A DNA stretch of 64,000 nucleotides from an uncultured Gammaproteobacteria bacterium (GCA_963748215.1 CAVVHS010000006.1:576001-640000); one strand, 5' to 3'. Shown: positions 9,502 to 18,145, counted from the first letter of the stretch. A program made the numbers and translations. The notes: generated by a model from the sequence alone, not told the origin.

Positions 9502-9810
9502 ATGGAAGATTCAGGCAAGCCCCGCGAGGTGCTGTCAATCACCGAAAGTGCCGGCGATGTACCGGACTGGATCATGTCGCTCGCCCCGGTCGGGGTGGCA
9601 TTCGTCTGTTACGTCAGCATCATCCTGGCCGCGGGCATTGATCCGAAAGAGAAAATCATCGCCTACGGCGCGGCGGCAGCTTTCATCGGCCTGGAATGCT
9701 ACTGGATACTCCGCGGCCTGCAAAACAATCATTTCGGCACGATGGTGACGGGGTTCCTCGGCGCGGCAATGGCAGTACTCGTCCTCGACCTGTACCTGTC
9801 ACTGCTATGA
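9502..9810 (+). CDS. Small hypothetical membrane protein (gene X, source of two duplicated fragments)
   Basis: AGGAGG RBS upstream; three hydrophobic segments; start could be GTG 9493. Confidence 0.7.
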   Translation: MEDSGKPREVLSITESAGDVPDWIMSLAPVGVAFVCYVSIILAAGIDPKEKIIAYGAAAAFIGLECYWILRGLQNNHFGTMVTGFLGAAMAVLVLDLYLSLL

Positions 9811-9843
9811 TGGCCGTGAAGCCGGGGGCGCTGCAAATGCAGC

Positions 9844-9905
9844 AAAGGTACCAGAGCGCAATTGCCGCGAATATTCGGGAAACGTGTGCCCTGACACCAA
9901 CGGTT
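9844..9905. repeat. Degenerate subfamily A hairpin R4
   Basis: ggtaccagagcgcaatt...gcgaatattcggg...gtgtgccctgacacc. Confidence 0.65.
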
Positions 9906-10400
9906 CTATTGCTTGACCGGTGAGGCGGCGGGTGGCGAATTCGCCTCTTTCGCACCCATGTAGGCAGTCAGTGACTTGAATCCGCCTTTCAGCACGTACA
10001 CATTCTCAAAACCGATATGACGCAGCGCGGTCCCGGCCGCAGCGGCCCGTGTACCGGACGCGCACACGATCACCACGGTCTTGTCTGTCGGTATGCGATC
10101 CAGGCCGGCCTCGGTAAACAACTCGTTAAACGGAATGACCTGTGAATCCGGCAGCGTCATGCTGTAGACAGCGGCCTCGGCGGGTGTCCTGATATCGATC
10201 ACCGCCAGCGGTTCCTTTGACTTCACCTTCTCTACGAACACATCCGGTGGCATCAGGTGCAAGGCCTTGCCGGCATCGGCACCCTGCACTGGCGCGAACA
10301 ACTTCGCATAGCTTTCCGCCAACGCCTTGTCATAGGACCAGGCCGACGTCGCAAAGGTCATGACAACCATCAGCAGAAGCGTTTCAGGCAGGTGTTTCAT
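9906..10400 (-). CDS. Exported rhodanese-like domain protein
   Basis: Signal peptide MKHLPETLLL...SAWS; IDIRTPAE, VCASGTRA, LKGG. Confidence 0.85.
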   Translation of the reverse strand: MKHLPETLLLMVVMTFATSAWSYDKALAESYAKLFAPVQGADAGKALHLMPPDVFVEKVKSKEPLAVIDIRTPAEAAVYSMTLPDSQVIPFNELFTEAGLDRIPTDKTVVIVCASGTRAAAAGTALRHIGFENVYVLKGGFKSLTAYMGAKEANSPPAASPVKQ

Positions 10401-10425
10401 AACAGCAGTTCTCCATTGATGAATC

Positions 10426-10490
10426 GAAACCGGAGTCAGATACGAGTTTTCGATTATATAAGGGAAAACCGGGATCTGACCCCGGTTTTC
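10426..10490. repeat. Hairpin R5 (subfamily B)
   Basis: gaaaccggagtcagat...gggatctgaccccggttttc. Confidence 0.9.
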
Positions 10491-10498
10491 TAATATTG

Positions 10499-10584
10499 AT
10501 TTCGGCACAACGGTGACGGGGTTCCTCGGCGCGGCACTGGCAGTACTTGTCCTCGACAGGTACCTGTCGCTGGCCTGAAGGCCG
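10499..10584 (+). repeat. 86-bp diverged copy of the 3' end of gene X (source 9731-9816)
   Basis: Ungapped alignment gives 75/86 identical; includes the TGA stop. Confidence 0.9.
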
Positions 10585-10598
10585 ATCCGTCAGGCACG

Positions 10599-10660
10599 GA
10601 AATCGGGGTCAGAGCAGAATTGTTTCTGATATTCGCGAATATTGTGCGCTGACCCCGATT
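10599..10660. repeat. Hairpin R6 (subfamily A, loop inverted relative to R1/R2)
   Basis: gaaatcggggtcagagcagaatt...attgtgcgctgaccccgatt. Confidence 0.9.
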
Positions 10661-10685
10661 ATTCGATTATTTCTATTTCCGCAGA

Positions 10686-11123
10686 TTACCTGTCGCGTAG
10701 TGCTTTTATGTCGCCAGGTGTAAACGTGGTGTAGGTCCTTGACCATTTGATTTTACCTGTATTGTTCTTCTTTTCTTGTTTGTAGTGATCGCCCTCCTTG
10801 TATATCGGGACGCAATTCTCCTTCGTGTTATTCCAGTTAATGCACAGGCCCTCTTCAGTCGCGCGCCAGACGCCAGTTTTATTGGTCTTGCCCTTAACCG
10901 AATACACTTCCCCATCATCGGCGAAGTAATTAATGAAAGGCTCTGAGTAAAAACTACTCATGCCCTGACTGCGGCCCTCCACGTAATCACCTTCGACAGT
11001 GTTGCCTGAAAACAGGGATCGAATCTCATCCGCGGACAAATTGTCGGATGCAGATGACGGGATTGTTGCAAGCAGAATGATTGCCGAGAAGAAAGCCCTG
11101 ATGAATGCCTGGTGCGTGTACAT
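10686..11123 (-). CDS. Exported hypothetical protein (DUF995-like)
   Basis: Signal peptide; LSADEIRSLFSGNTVEG, G.W....GLC..W....NC; AT-rich. Confidence 0.7.
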   Translation of the reverse strand: MYTHQAFIRAFFSAIILLATIPSSASDNLSADEIRSLFSGNTVEGDYVEGRSQGMSSFYSEPFINYFADDGEVYSVKGKTNKTGVWRATEEGLCINWNNTKENCVPIYKEGDHYKQEKKNNTGKIKWSRTYTTFTPGDIKALRDR

Positions 11124-11197
11124 ATGCGTGCCTCATTATTTGGACGGTTATTACTGTTAAATTGAAGTGTAGACGACTCAAGCATAAAACCTCAATT

Positions 11198-11256
11198 GAA
11201 ATCGGGGTCAGAGCACAATTGTTTCTTCTGTGGAAAATGTATCCGGCCACTTTTTC
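11198..11256. repeat. Hybrid hairpin R7 (A-type left arm, R0-type right arm)
   Basis: gaaatcggggtcagagcacaatt...aaatgtatccggccactttttc. Confidence 0.75.
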
Positions 11257-11260
11257 CGGT

Positions 11261-11324
11261 CCGGTCGGGGTGGCATTCGTCTGTTACGTCGGCATCATCC
11301 TGGCTGCCGGCATTGAACCGAAAG
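11261..11324 (+). repeat. 64-bp copy of an internal part of gene X (source 9586-9649)
   Basis: Ungapped alignment gives 60/64 identical. Confidence 0.9.
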
Positions 11325-11328
11325 GTGC

Positions 11329-11393
11329 GAAACCGGAGTCAGATACGAGTTTCCGATAATATAAGGGAAAACCGGGATCTGACCCCGGTTTTC
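11329..11393. repeat. Hairpin R8 (subfamily B)
   Basis: Near-identical to R5. Confidence 0.9.
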
Positions 11394-11638
11394 TATTGTT
11401 GTAAAGCGTAAAGCATCACCGCAACACCCACTGAGGTCAGGATAAGCGAAATGATATTCTTTGTTTTATTTGTTTTGATTGCTGTGTATGCCATACCGAT
11501 ATTCATACTGGATAGCGGACCATGTCGTTCGTTATCTTTTTTGTATGATGCGGGACCAAGCCGAACAAACATGAGGCCGATTCCCGCAACAATCAGAATC
11601 AATCCGTAAAATGCAAAGATCAAACCGTCAGCGCTCAT
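11393..11638 (-). CDS. Small hypothetical 2-TM protein
   Basis: 81-aa AT-rich ORF with hydrophobic ends; stop overlaps R8; purine-rich RBS-like stretch upstream. Confidence 0.6.
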   Translation of the reverse strand: MSADGLIFAFYGLILIVAGIGLMFVRLGPASYKKDNERHGPLSSMNIGMAYTAIKTNKTKNIISLILTSVGVAVMLYALQQ

Positions 11639-11836
11639 ATATTATCTTCTTGTAGCCTAACTACCATTGGGCCAACCAATGAAAGCATCAAGACGACTGC
11701 TGATTCGCATAACATTTATATTATCTCGATAAGACCTGTCACTTTCCCAGCTTACAGGCATGATATACGGATTGAAACAGACCCGAAAATCGAACCCTGA
11801 ATTCGCTCAACCCGCCCCTCCCGTCTAATACAACAC

Positions 11837-11915
11837 GAAACCGGGGTCACGAAACCGGGGTCAGAACCGAGTACCCGATAATATAAGGGGAAGCCGGGAT
11901 CTGACCCCGGTTTTC
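11837..11915. repeat. Hairpin R9 (subfamily B) with tandemly duplicated left arm
   Basis: gaaaccggggtcac gaaaccggggtcag ... gggatctgaccccggttttc. Confidence 0.9.
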
Positions 11916-11940
11916 TCATCGGGAACCGGCCCGGGATTTT

Positions 11941-13167
11941 TCAATCAGCGGCCTGCCTGCGGCAGGACACATACCACAGCAGCAGCGCGATCGACAGCAA
12001 CAACGCCTGCCCGATGACGAAATGGTGCCGCTGTGTGTGCAGGGCCGGCACGGCGATGCCGGCAACCGCCGCGTTGATCGCCATCTGGAAGAAACCCTGC
12101 ATCGACGCCGCCGTGCCGCGGTGATGCGGGAAACAGTCGAGGGCGAGAATGGTGATCGCGGGCATGAGCATGGCGGTGCCTACGGCATAGATCACGAGCG
12201 GTCCGATGGTGAACACGACGGTGGCCTCGAACAGCCCCACCTGGACGAGGTTGAGCACGACAGCAAGGACAAGGACACCGAATCCGGTACTGACAATGCG
12301 CAGCGGCGACAGGTATCGCGACAGTCGGCCGGAGGCGAAAGCGCCCAGCATCAGGCCGGCGACCATCGGGATGAACTGGACACCGAAATCATCGGTGCCC
12401 AGGCCGAGGAAGTCGTAGATGACCGTCGGCGCACCGGCGATGTAAAGAAAGAGTCCGCCGAAGCTGAAACCCAGGCTCAGGATCATCAGCGGGAACTGGC
12501 GGTGCTGCAAGGTCCGGGTGTAGACACTTGCCACGACCGAGGGCCGTACCGACTGGCGCTGGGCCTCGGGCAGGGTCTCGCGGATAACCGCCGTCAGACC
12601 GATCAGCAGCGCCCCGAGCAGGCACAGAAACCAGAACACGCTGCGCCAGCCGTAGTGATCATGCAGCCACGCACCCAGTACCGGCGCGATGGCCGGCGCC
12701 AGCGCGAACACCAGCATCACCTGGGACATCGCCCGGTGCGCGCTTGTCGTATCGTGCGCATCGCGGATCATCGCCCGCCCGGCGATCAGGCCGCCGCTGG
12801 CCGCGAAACCCTGCAGCGTGCGCCACACGAGGAAGGCCGTGGCATCAGCGGCCAGCGCGCAGCCTATGGACGCCAGGACATACAGCGACAGGCTGCCCAT
12901 GATCACCCGCCGGCGCCCGAAGCGGTCGGCCAGCGGCCCCCACAGCAGCGTCGAGGCCGCAAAGGCCGCCAGGTACACCGACAGGCTCTGACTCAGCAGC
13001 GCGCGACTGATACCGAACGTCGCCTCGATGTCCGGGAACGATGGCAGGTAGGCATCGATGGAGAACGGCCCCACCATCGACAGCAGCGCGACGATGAAGG
13101 TCAGGCGCGTGTGTACGCCTGGACGGATAACGGCGTTTTCGGAAGGAGGAAATGGTGGCTGGCTCAT
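11941..13167 (-). CDS. Bcr/CflA-family multidrug efflux MFS transporter
   Basis: PFSIDAYLPSFP, GPLADRFGRR, APAIAP.LG; ~12 TM segments. Confidence 0.92.
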   Translation of the reverse strand: MSQPPFPPSENAVIRPGVHTRLTFIVALLSMVGPFSIDAYLPSFPDIEATFGISRALLSQSLSVYLAAFAASTLLWGPLADRFGRRRVIMGSLSLYVLASIGCALAADATAFLVWRTLQGFAASGGLIAGRAMIRDAHDTTSAHRAMSQVMLVFALAPAIAPVLGAWLHDHYGWRSVFWFLCLLGALLIGLTAVIRETLPEAQRQSVRPSVVASVYTRTLQHRQFPLMILSLGFSFGGLFLYIAGAPTVIYDFLGLGTDDFGVQFIPMVAGLMLGAFASGRLSRYLSPLRIVSTGFGVLVLAVVLNLVQVGLFEATVVFTIGPLVIYAVGTAMLMPAITILALDCFPHHRGTAASMQGFFQMAINAAVAGIAVPALHTQRHHFVIGQALLLSIALLLWYVSCRRQAAD

Positions 13168-13248
13168 AGATCGCAGAGCCTAGCGATTCTTAAGCGCTTT
13201 TTCTACGACAGCTTATCTTGATAGTTAATTGTATTCACCCCTTTATTC

Positions 13249-13947
13249 TCAGGCTGTATTTAGACGTAATTGATCTCTGTCTACTGTTGTGCCTTCGGTA
13301 TCTCCAGCCAGACAGTCGAACAGCTCGGCCCAGGTCTCGCTGTCGCCCCGCACGTCACGGTTGTTCAGCTCGTGGATGCCGAGCCCCTGCTCCACGGCAC
13401 TGACATAATGCAGGGTGTCGCGCAGGCGTGCGGCGACCGGAATGTCGAGCTTGTTGAGAAAGCGTTCCAGCTTGTCGACGGCCCGCGTGCGGATGCGCGT
13501 CCGGTTCGTGACGATAGCAAGGCGCGTGTTGTGCACCCTGGCCTTGCCCACCAGCAACAGGTCCCTGATGAAGTCAGCCGTGGAATGGATATCGATCGAG
13601 GAAGGCAGCACCGGGATGAGAATGATGTCGGCCTCGGCAACCCGGTCTTCGAGATCGATCGCGGCACAACCAGCCGGCGTGTCGGTAATGATATAGCGGG
13701 TATCCTGCGGGACACGCATCTGCCAGGCACGCGTGACGCCCGCCGCCGGCGGTTCGTAGGCGGCCACACAATGAATCGGCGGGCTGCCGGCGGGCCGCGT
13801 CGTTGCCCAGCGGCTGGTGGAAGCCTGGCGGTCATAATCGAACAGCGCGGTTACACAACCGCGAGACGCGCAATAACTGGCCAGATTGGTGGCGATCGTG
13901 GTTTTACCGCAGCCACCCTTGCTGTTCATCACGCTGATCCTGAGCAT
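13249..13947 (-). CDS. ParA-family ATPase (orphan)
   Basis: NSKGGCGKTT deviant Walker A, D.D.Q, DTPAG, PVLPS.ID. Confidence 0.9.
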   Translation of the reverse strand: MLRISVMNSKGGCGKTTIATNLASYCASRGCVTALFDYDRQASTSRWATTRPAGSPPIHCVAAYEPPAAGVTRAWQMRVPQDTRYIITDTPAGCAAIDLEDRVAEADIILIPVLPSSIDIHSTADFIRDLLLVGKARVHNTRLAIVTNRTRIRTRAVDKLERFLNKLDIPVAARLRDTLHYVSAVEQGLGIHELNNRDVRGDSETWAELFDCLAGDTEGTTVDRDQLRLNTA

Positions 13948-14229
13948 GTTTGATCCAGCCCCCGTGCTTGAGTACGTAGTTGCAATGCGATCCGTTTATT
14001 TTACCAGCATTGCCAGCTGTATCCAGCGATCAGCCAGAGACTTGATCAAAAGAAAAAATGCGCGTCGTGAACCTGAGCCTTGTTCGCAGCGGCAAGTCTG
14101 CTTTTTCAGGGGGTTCGTCGATAATCCTCTCGCACAACAGGATAAAGATGATGTAATTGTCTGGAAAGTCTACTTCGTTGGTCGGCCACTCGAACATGCG
14201 GTCGAGGAAGATGTAAATGGTGTCAGGAC

Positions 14230-14299
14230 AATCAATAGGGTCAGACACCATTGATTCGTCAAGACATCGTCAGATCAATCGAGTCTGACCCCATTGATT
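14230..14299. repeat. Hairpin R10 (subfamily C)
   Basis: aatcaatagggtcagac ... gtctgaccccattgatt. Confidence 0.85.
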
Positions 14300-14538
14300 C
14301 AATTTTCTGTGGGTTTAGAAACGCCCGTGAACTTGAAAATGAGTTTGCTTAGGTACCTTTCAGTCGGACGAAAAACATACGCTGCACCAGCAGGCATTAT
14401 TGTGAAGAAAAACCTCTCTTCATTGTCCTCTGCGGCAAATAGTACCAATACAGCGATAAGGGCAATCGTGATCAGCGCATACATTGCCCAAGCTCTTTTA
14501 AGGTAGGATTGATATTTACCGTTTTGAATGTTTGTCAT
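14299..14538 (-). CDS. Small hypothetical membrane protein
   Basis: AT-rich ORF MTNIQNGKY...; two hydrophobic segments; stop overlaps R10. Confidence 0.6.
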   Translation of the reverse strand: MTNIQNGKYQSYLKRAWAMYALITIALIAVLVLFAAEDNEERFFFTIMPAGAAYVFRPTERYLSKLIFKFTGVSKPTEN

Positions 14539-15076
14539 AATGTGAAATACATAGTGCCGCTTATCGGTAATTTGTCTGTACAAAATACGATGGCTTTAAT
14601 AACCTTTTAGTTGCCTAACAGTATAATCGAAGTAATCTTTAGTATTACTACTTCTGCGTAACCGTTCTTTTGTGCGAATAAGCGATTCCGCATAGCATCA
14701 ACGGCAATGTAACGCATCAAGGCTTTCATTAAGACGGAAAACGGCCGCAGGATCAATACCCTGTCACTGGATCTACCCACTTCAACCGCGAAACCGCCCT
14801 CCATTAACAAGCGAGAGAGCGCCAGAACGGCCAGGATGACTGGCGTTTTCGCCACCTGTTTCGATGCGTTACGGATTCTGCGTTACGACCGGCTGCAGAC
14901 GCCTGCGGGATGGAAGGTGGATGAGCACTAATCGTAATGGCTCACTGACAACCCGATCAGCCAGTATATATGTACTAATCCAATAATTATATTTCTGCCG
15001 CCAAAATTGACGACCAGGACATTCTGCGCGCCCAGCGTGGCATCGCAATGTGACTATGTAAATTTGGTTTTATTTT

Positions 15077-15245
15077 TCTCTGCGACCTTTGCGTCTCTCG
15101 GCAACTGCTTCCTGCGTTGCCCTCGGTTCTGGTATCCTGCTTCGCCCTACCGAGTCCATCCCTGGACTCGTACCTCCTACATGGCCCAGGCCAGTTTCTC
15201 GACCGCTCTGCGGCCTCACCTTCTCCCTGTAGTCGTGCGCAAGCC
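15077..15245. repeat. Composite intergenic palindromic repeat
   Basis: ctcggcaactgcttcctgcgttgccct, gagtccatccctggactc hairpin, and ccctgtagtcgtgcgc shared with 32671-32686. Confidence 0.55.
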
Positions 15246-15254
15246 AGTTCTTTT

Positions 15255-17598
15255 CTAAACCCGCACCTCAAACCCACTAATCGCAATCTTCAACACCTCG
15301 TCGATCCGCGCCACCGGAATGAAGGTCATCGCCGCCCTCACCTCCTCCGGCAGTTCCTCCAGGTCGGCCTCATTGTCTTTCGGCAGGATCACTCGCTTGA
15401 ACCCGGCACGGTGCGCAGCGAGCATCTTCTCCTTGATGCCGCCGACCGGCAGCACCAGGCCGCTGAGCGTGATCTCGCCGGTCATGGCGATGTCGTCGTG
15501 GATCGAGGCGCCTGTGTAGGCAGAGGCCAGCGCGGTGGCCATGGTCACGCCGGCGGACGGGCCGTCCTTGGGCGTGGCGCCGGCCGGCACGTGGATGTGC
15601 ATGCCGGACTTGCGGATCAGGTCGGGTGCGATACCCAGTTCCTTCGCCTGTGACCAGATATAGCTTTGGGCAGCGCGTGCGGATTCCTGCATCACGCTGC
15701 CGAGCTGGCCGGTCAGGGTGAGGTCCTTGCCTTCCGGCAACATCACAGCCTCGACGTACAGCACCTCGCCGCCGGTCTCGGTCCAGGCCAGGCCGGCCAC
15801 GATGCCCGGGATCAGTTCCGCGCGCTTGCCCTCGCGCGCCATGCGCGGCGGGCCGAGATACTCGGTGATGAGTTCTTCGGTCAGCGTGACCGGCTCGGTG
15901 TGACCCTCGGCGATGCGTGTGGCGACCTTGCGCACGATGCGGCCCAGGGCGCGTTCCAGCGAACGCACGCCGGCCTCACGCGTGTAGTTGCGGATGACGT
16001 AGGCGAGCGAAGTGTCGTCGATGACGAGCTGTTCCTGCTTGACGCCGGCGTTATCCAGGGTACGGCCGAGGATGTAGCGGCGCGCGATCTGCAGCTTTTC
16101 CGCCTCGCTGTAGCCGGACAGGCGCAGCACCTCGATGCGGTCGAGCAGCGGCGCGGGGATGGTGTCGAGCGTGTTGGCGGTCACGACGAAGAACACCCCG
16201 GACAGGTCGAAGGGCTGGTCGAGGTAGTTGTCGCGGAACTCGTTGTTCTGCGCCGGGTCGAGGATCTCCATCAGGGCGGCGGCCGGATCGCCGCGGAAAT
16301 CGCGGCCCAGCTTGTCGATCTCGTCCAGCATCAGCAGCGGGTTGCTGACCCCGGCGCGGCGCACGGCGCGGATGATGCGCCCGGGCATGGCACCGACGTA
16401 GGTGCGGCGGTGGCCGCGCAGTTCCGCCTCGTCGTGCAGGCCGCCCAGGCTCATGCGTTCGAAGGTACGGCCCAGCGCGCGGGCGATGGACTGGCCGAGC
16501 GAGGTCTTGCCGACACCGGGCGGGCCGACGAAGCACAGGATCGGTGCCCGTGCATCGGGATTGAGTTTCATGACCGCCAGGTGCTCGATGATGCGGTCCT
16601 TGACCTCCTTGAGGTCGTAGTGGTCCGTATCCAGCACCTCGCGCGCCTGCACCAGGTCGAGCTTGTCCTCGGTGCGCTTCGTCCACGGCAGGTCCAGCAC
16701 CAGGTCGATGTAGCTGCGCATGGTCTGGTAGTCGGGCGAGTTGGCCGACATGCGTTCCAGCCTCGAGAGCTCCTTGTCGATCTCCTTGCGCACCGCTTCG
16801 GGTAGCTCTGCCGCCTCCAGGCGTTCGCGCAGCCCGGCCACCTCGGCCTGCTCGGGCGAGGATTCCCCGAGCTGCTCCTGGATCTCGCGCAGCTGCTGGC
16901 GCAGCATCATCTCGCGCTGCTCCTTGCTCATTTTCGTCGGTGACCGCGCTGGAGATCTGCTGCTGGATCTCCAGCACCTGGATCTCGTGGTTGAGGTAGT
17001 CGACGATCAGGCGCAGCGCATCGAGCTGGCTGTTGGCGGCCAGCAGCTGGTACTGCTTATCGATACTGATCGAGATCACCGCGGACAGTACGTAGGCCTG
17101 CTCGATCGGCTTGTCCAGGTCGGAGACCAGCTGCTTGAGGTCGATCTGCATCTGCGCGGGCCCGAGTTCCAGCATGCGCGCCGCCTGGTCGAGCATGGTG
17201 CGGTGCAGGGCCTCGAGCTCCGAACCGGTATCCTCCAGTTCGGGCAGATAGGCGGACTGGCATTCGAGGAACGGCGACTCGCTGGTGAGCAGCTCGCGCT
17301 CGATGCGCCGGCCGGCCTGCAGCACCAGGTTGATGGTGCCCTGGGTGCGCTGCATGCGCTTGATCACGCACAGCGTGCCGACCGGGTACAGATCATCCGC
17401 GCCCGGTTCCTCGACGGTGGCGTCGCGCTGCGTGAACACGACGATGCGCTTGTCCTCGGTCGCCAGTGCCGCCTCGACTGCGGCGACCGAACGCGCGCGG
17501 CCGGCGGTCACCGGCATGACCATGTGCGGGAAGATGACGCTGTTCTTGAGCGGGAACACCGGCAGGATCAGGGACGTGGCGTGGGAATCGGTCGTCAT
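15255..17598 (-). CDS. lon: Second Lon (endopeptidase La) with an apparent +1 frameshift near 16932
   Basis: LON N-domain ([15 protein letters not shown]) in ORF 16051..17598; AAA+ GPPGVGKTS and PKDGPSAG in ORF 15255..16931. Confidence 0.88.
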
Positions 17599-17604
17599 GG
17601 TCCG

Positions 17605-17928
17605 TTACTCCGTATCTTGCAGGTAGATCATCAGCATGCCGTCGCGATACTGCATGCGCAGGGCAGCGGGATTGCCGGGCAGTCGAATGACGCGGCGGAA
17701 CCAGTCATAACTGATTTCCATGGACAGGTATTCCCGGGCCTCGGCGAAGCACAGGTCACGGCGCCGGCCCTCGACGAGCAGCTTATCGCCCTGCACCTCG
17801 ACCGTGAGGTCCTCTTCGGCCACCCCGGCCAGCTCGACCTTCACCAGCCAGCCGCCGGCGCAGCGATAGACGTCGGCACGCGGGTACCAGCCATTGCGTT
17901 CGTAGAGCATCATGTCTCGATCCTGCAT
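17605..17928 (-). CDS. Hsp20/alpha-crystallin family protein
   Basis: P.ADVY, VELAGV..EDL, EISY..FRRVIRLP, YRDGML. Confidence 0.85.
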   Translation of the reverse strand: MQDRDMMLYERNGWYPRADVYRCAGGWLVKVELAGVAEEDLTVEVQGDKLLVEGRRRDLCFAEAREYLSMEISYDWFRRVIRLPGNPAALRMQYRDGMLMIYLQDTE

Positions 17929-18116
17929 TCGCCCGTATTGCGCATGGGGTAATCATACCCGAGTGGGCGCAGTTTGCAGCCGGTGCCGCAGCGGGCGTTG
18001 ACATGGCGCAAGAAACGGGCGTGGATTGCCCTCCGCAATGCGATTATCGGGGCGGGAACCCTTCTCAAGCGTGAAGAATTTTTGGCCCTTCCCCAAATCG
18101 AGTGGGCAGATTAGCG

Positions 18117-18145
18117 TTGTAGGGCCGAATTCATTCGGCCTACAA
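18117..18145. repeat. GTAG-type REP palindrome
   Basis: ttgtagggccgaattcattcggcctacaa. Confidence 0.6.

Noticed and set aside
10426-11915. CRISPR array
   Set aside because: Repeats are ~60-65 bp, of different subfamilies, irregularly spaced and separated by whole genes; no cas genes in the window.
13249-13947. Plasmid or prophage partition module
   Set aside because: No parB or parS nearby; it resembles a chromosomal orphan ParA.
13886-14254. ORFs 13886..14254 (+) and 14030..14251 (-)
   Set aside because: No recognisable motif, and they overlap parA or start inside hairpin R10.
4653-14299. Classical integron with attC sites
   Set aside because: The hairpins lack RYYYAAC...GTTRRRY boundaries and no intI-like tyrosine recombinase is visible.
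14607-15286. ORFs 14607..14855, 14987..15286 and 15007..15258
   Set aside because: No family features; they largely translate repeat or intergenic DNA. A decayed gene fragment at ~14.7-14.9 kb cannot be excluded.
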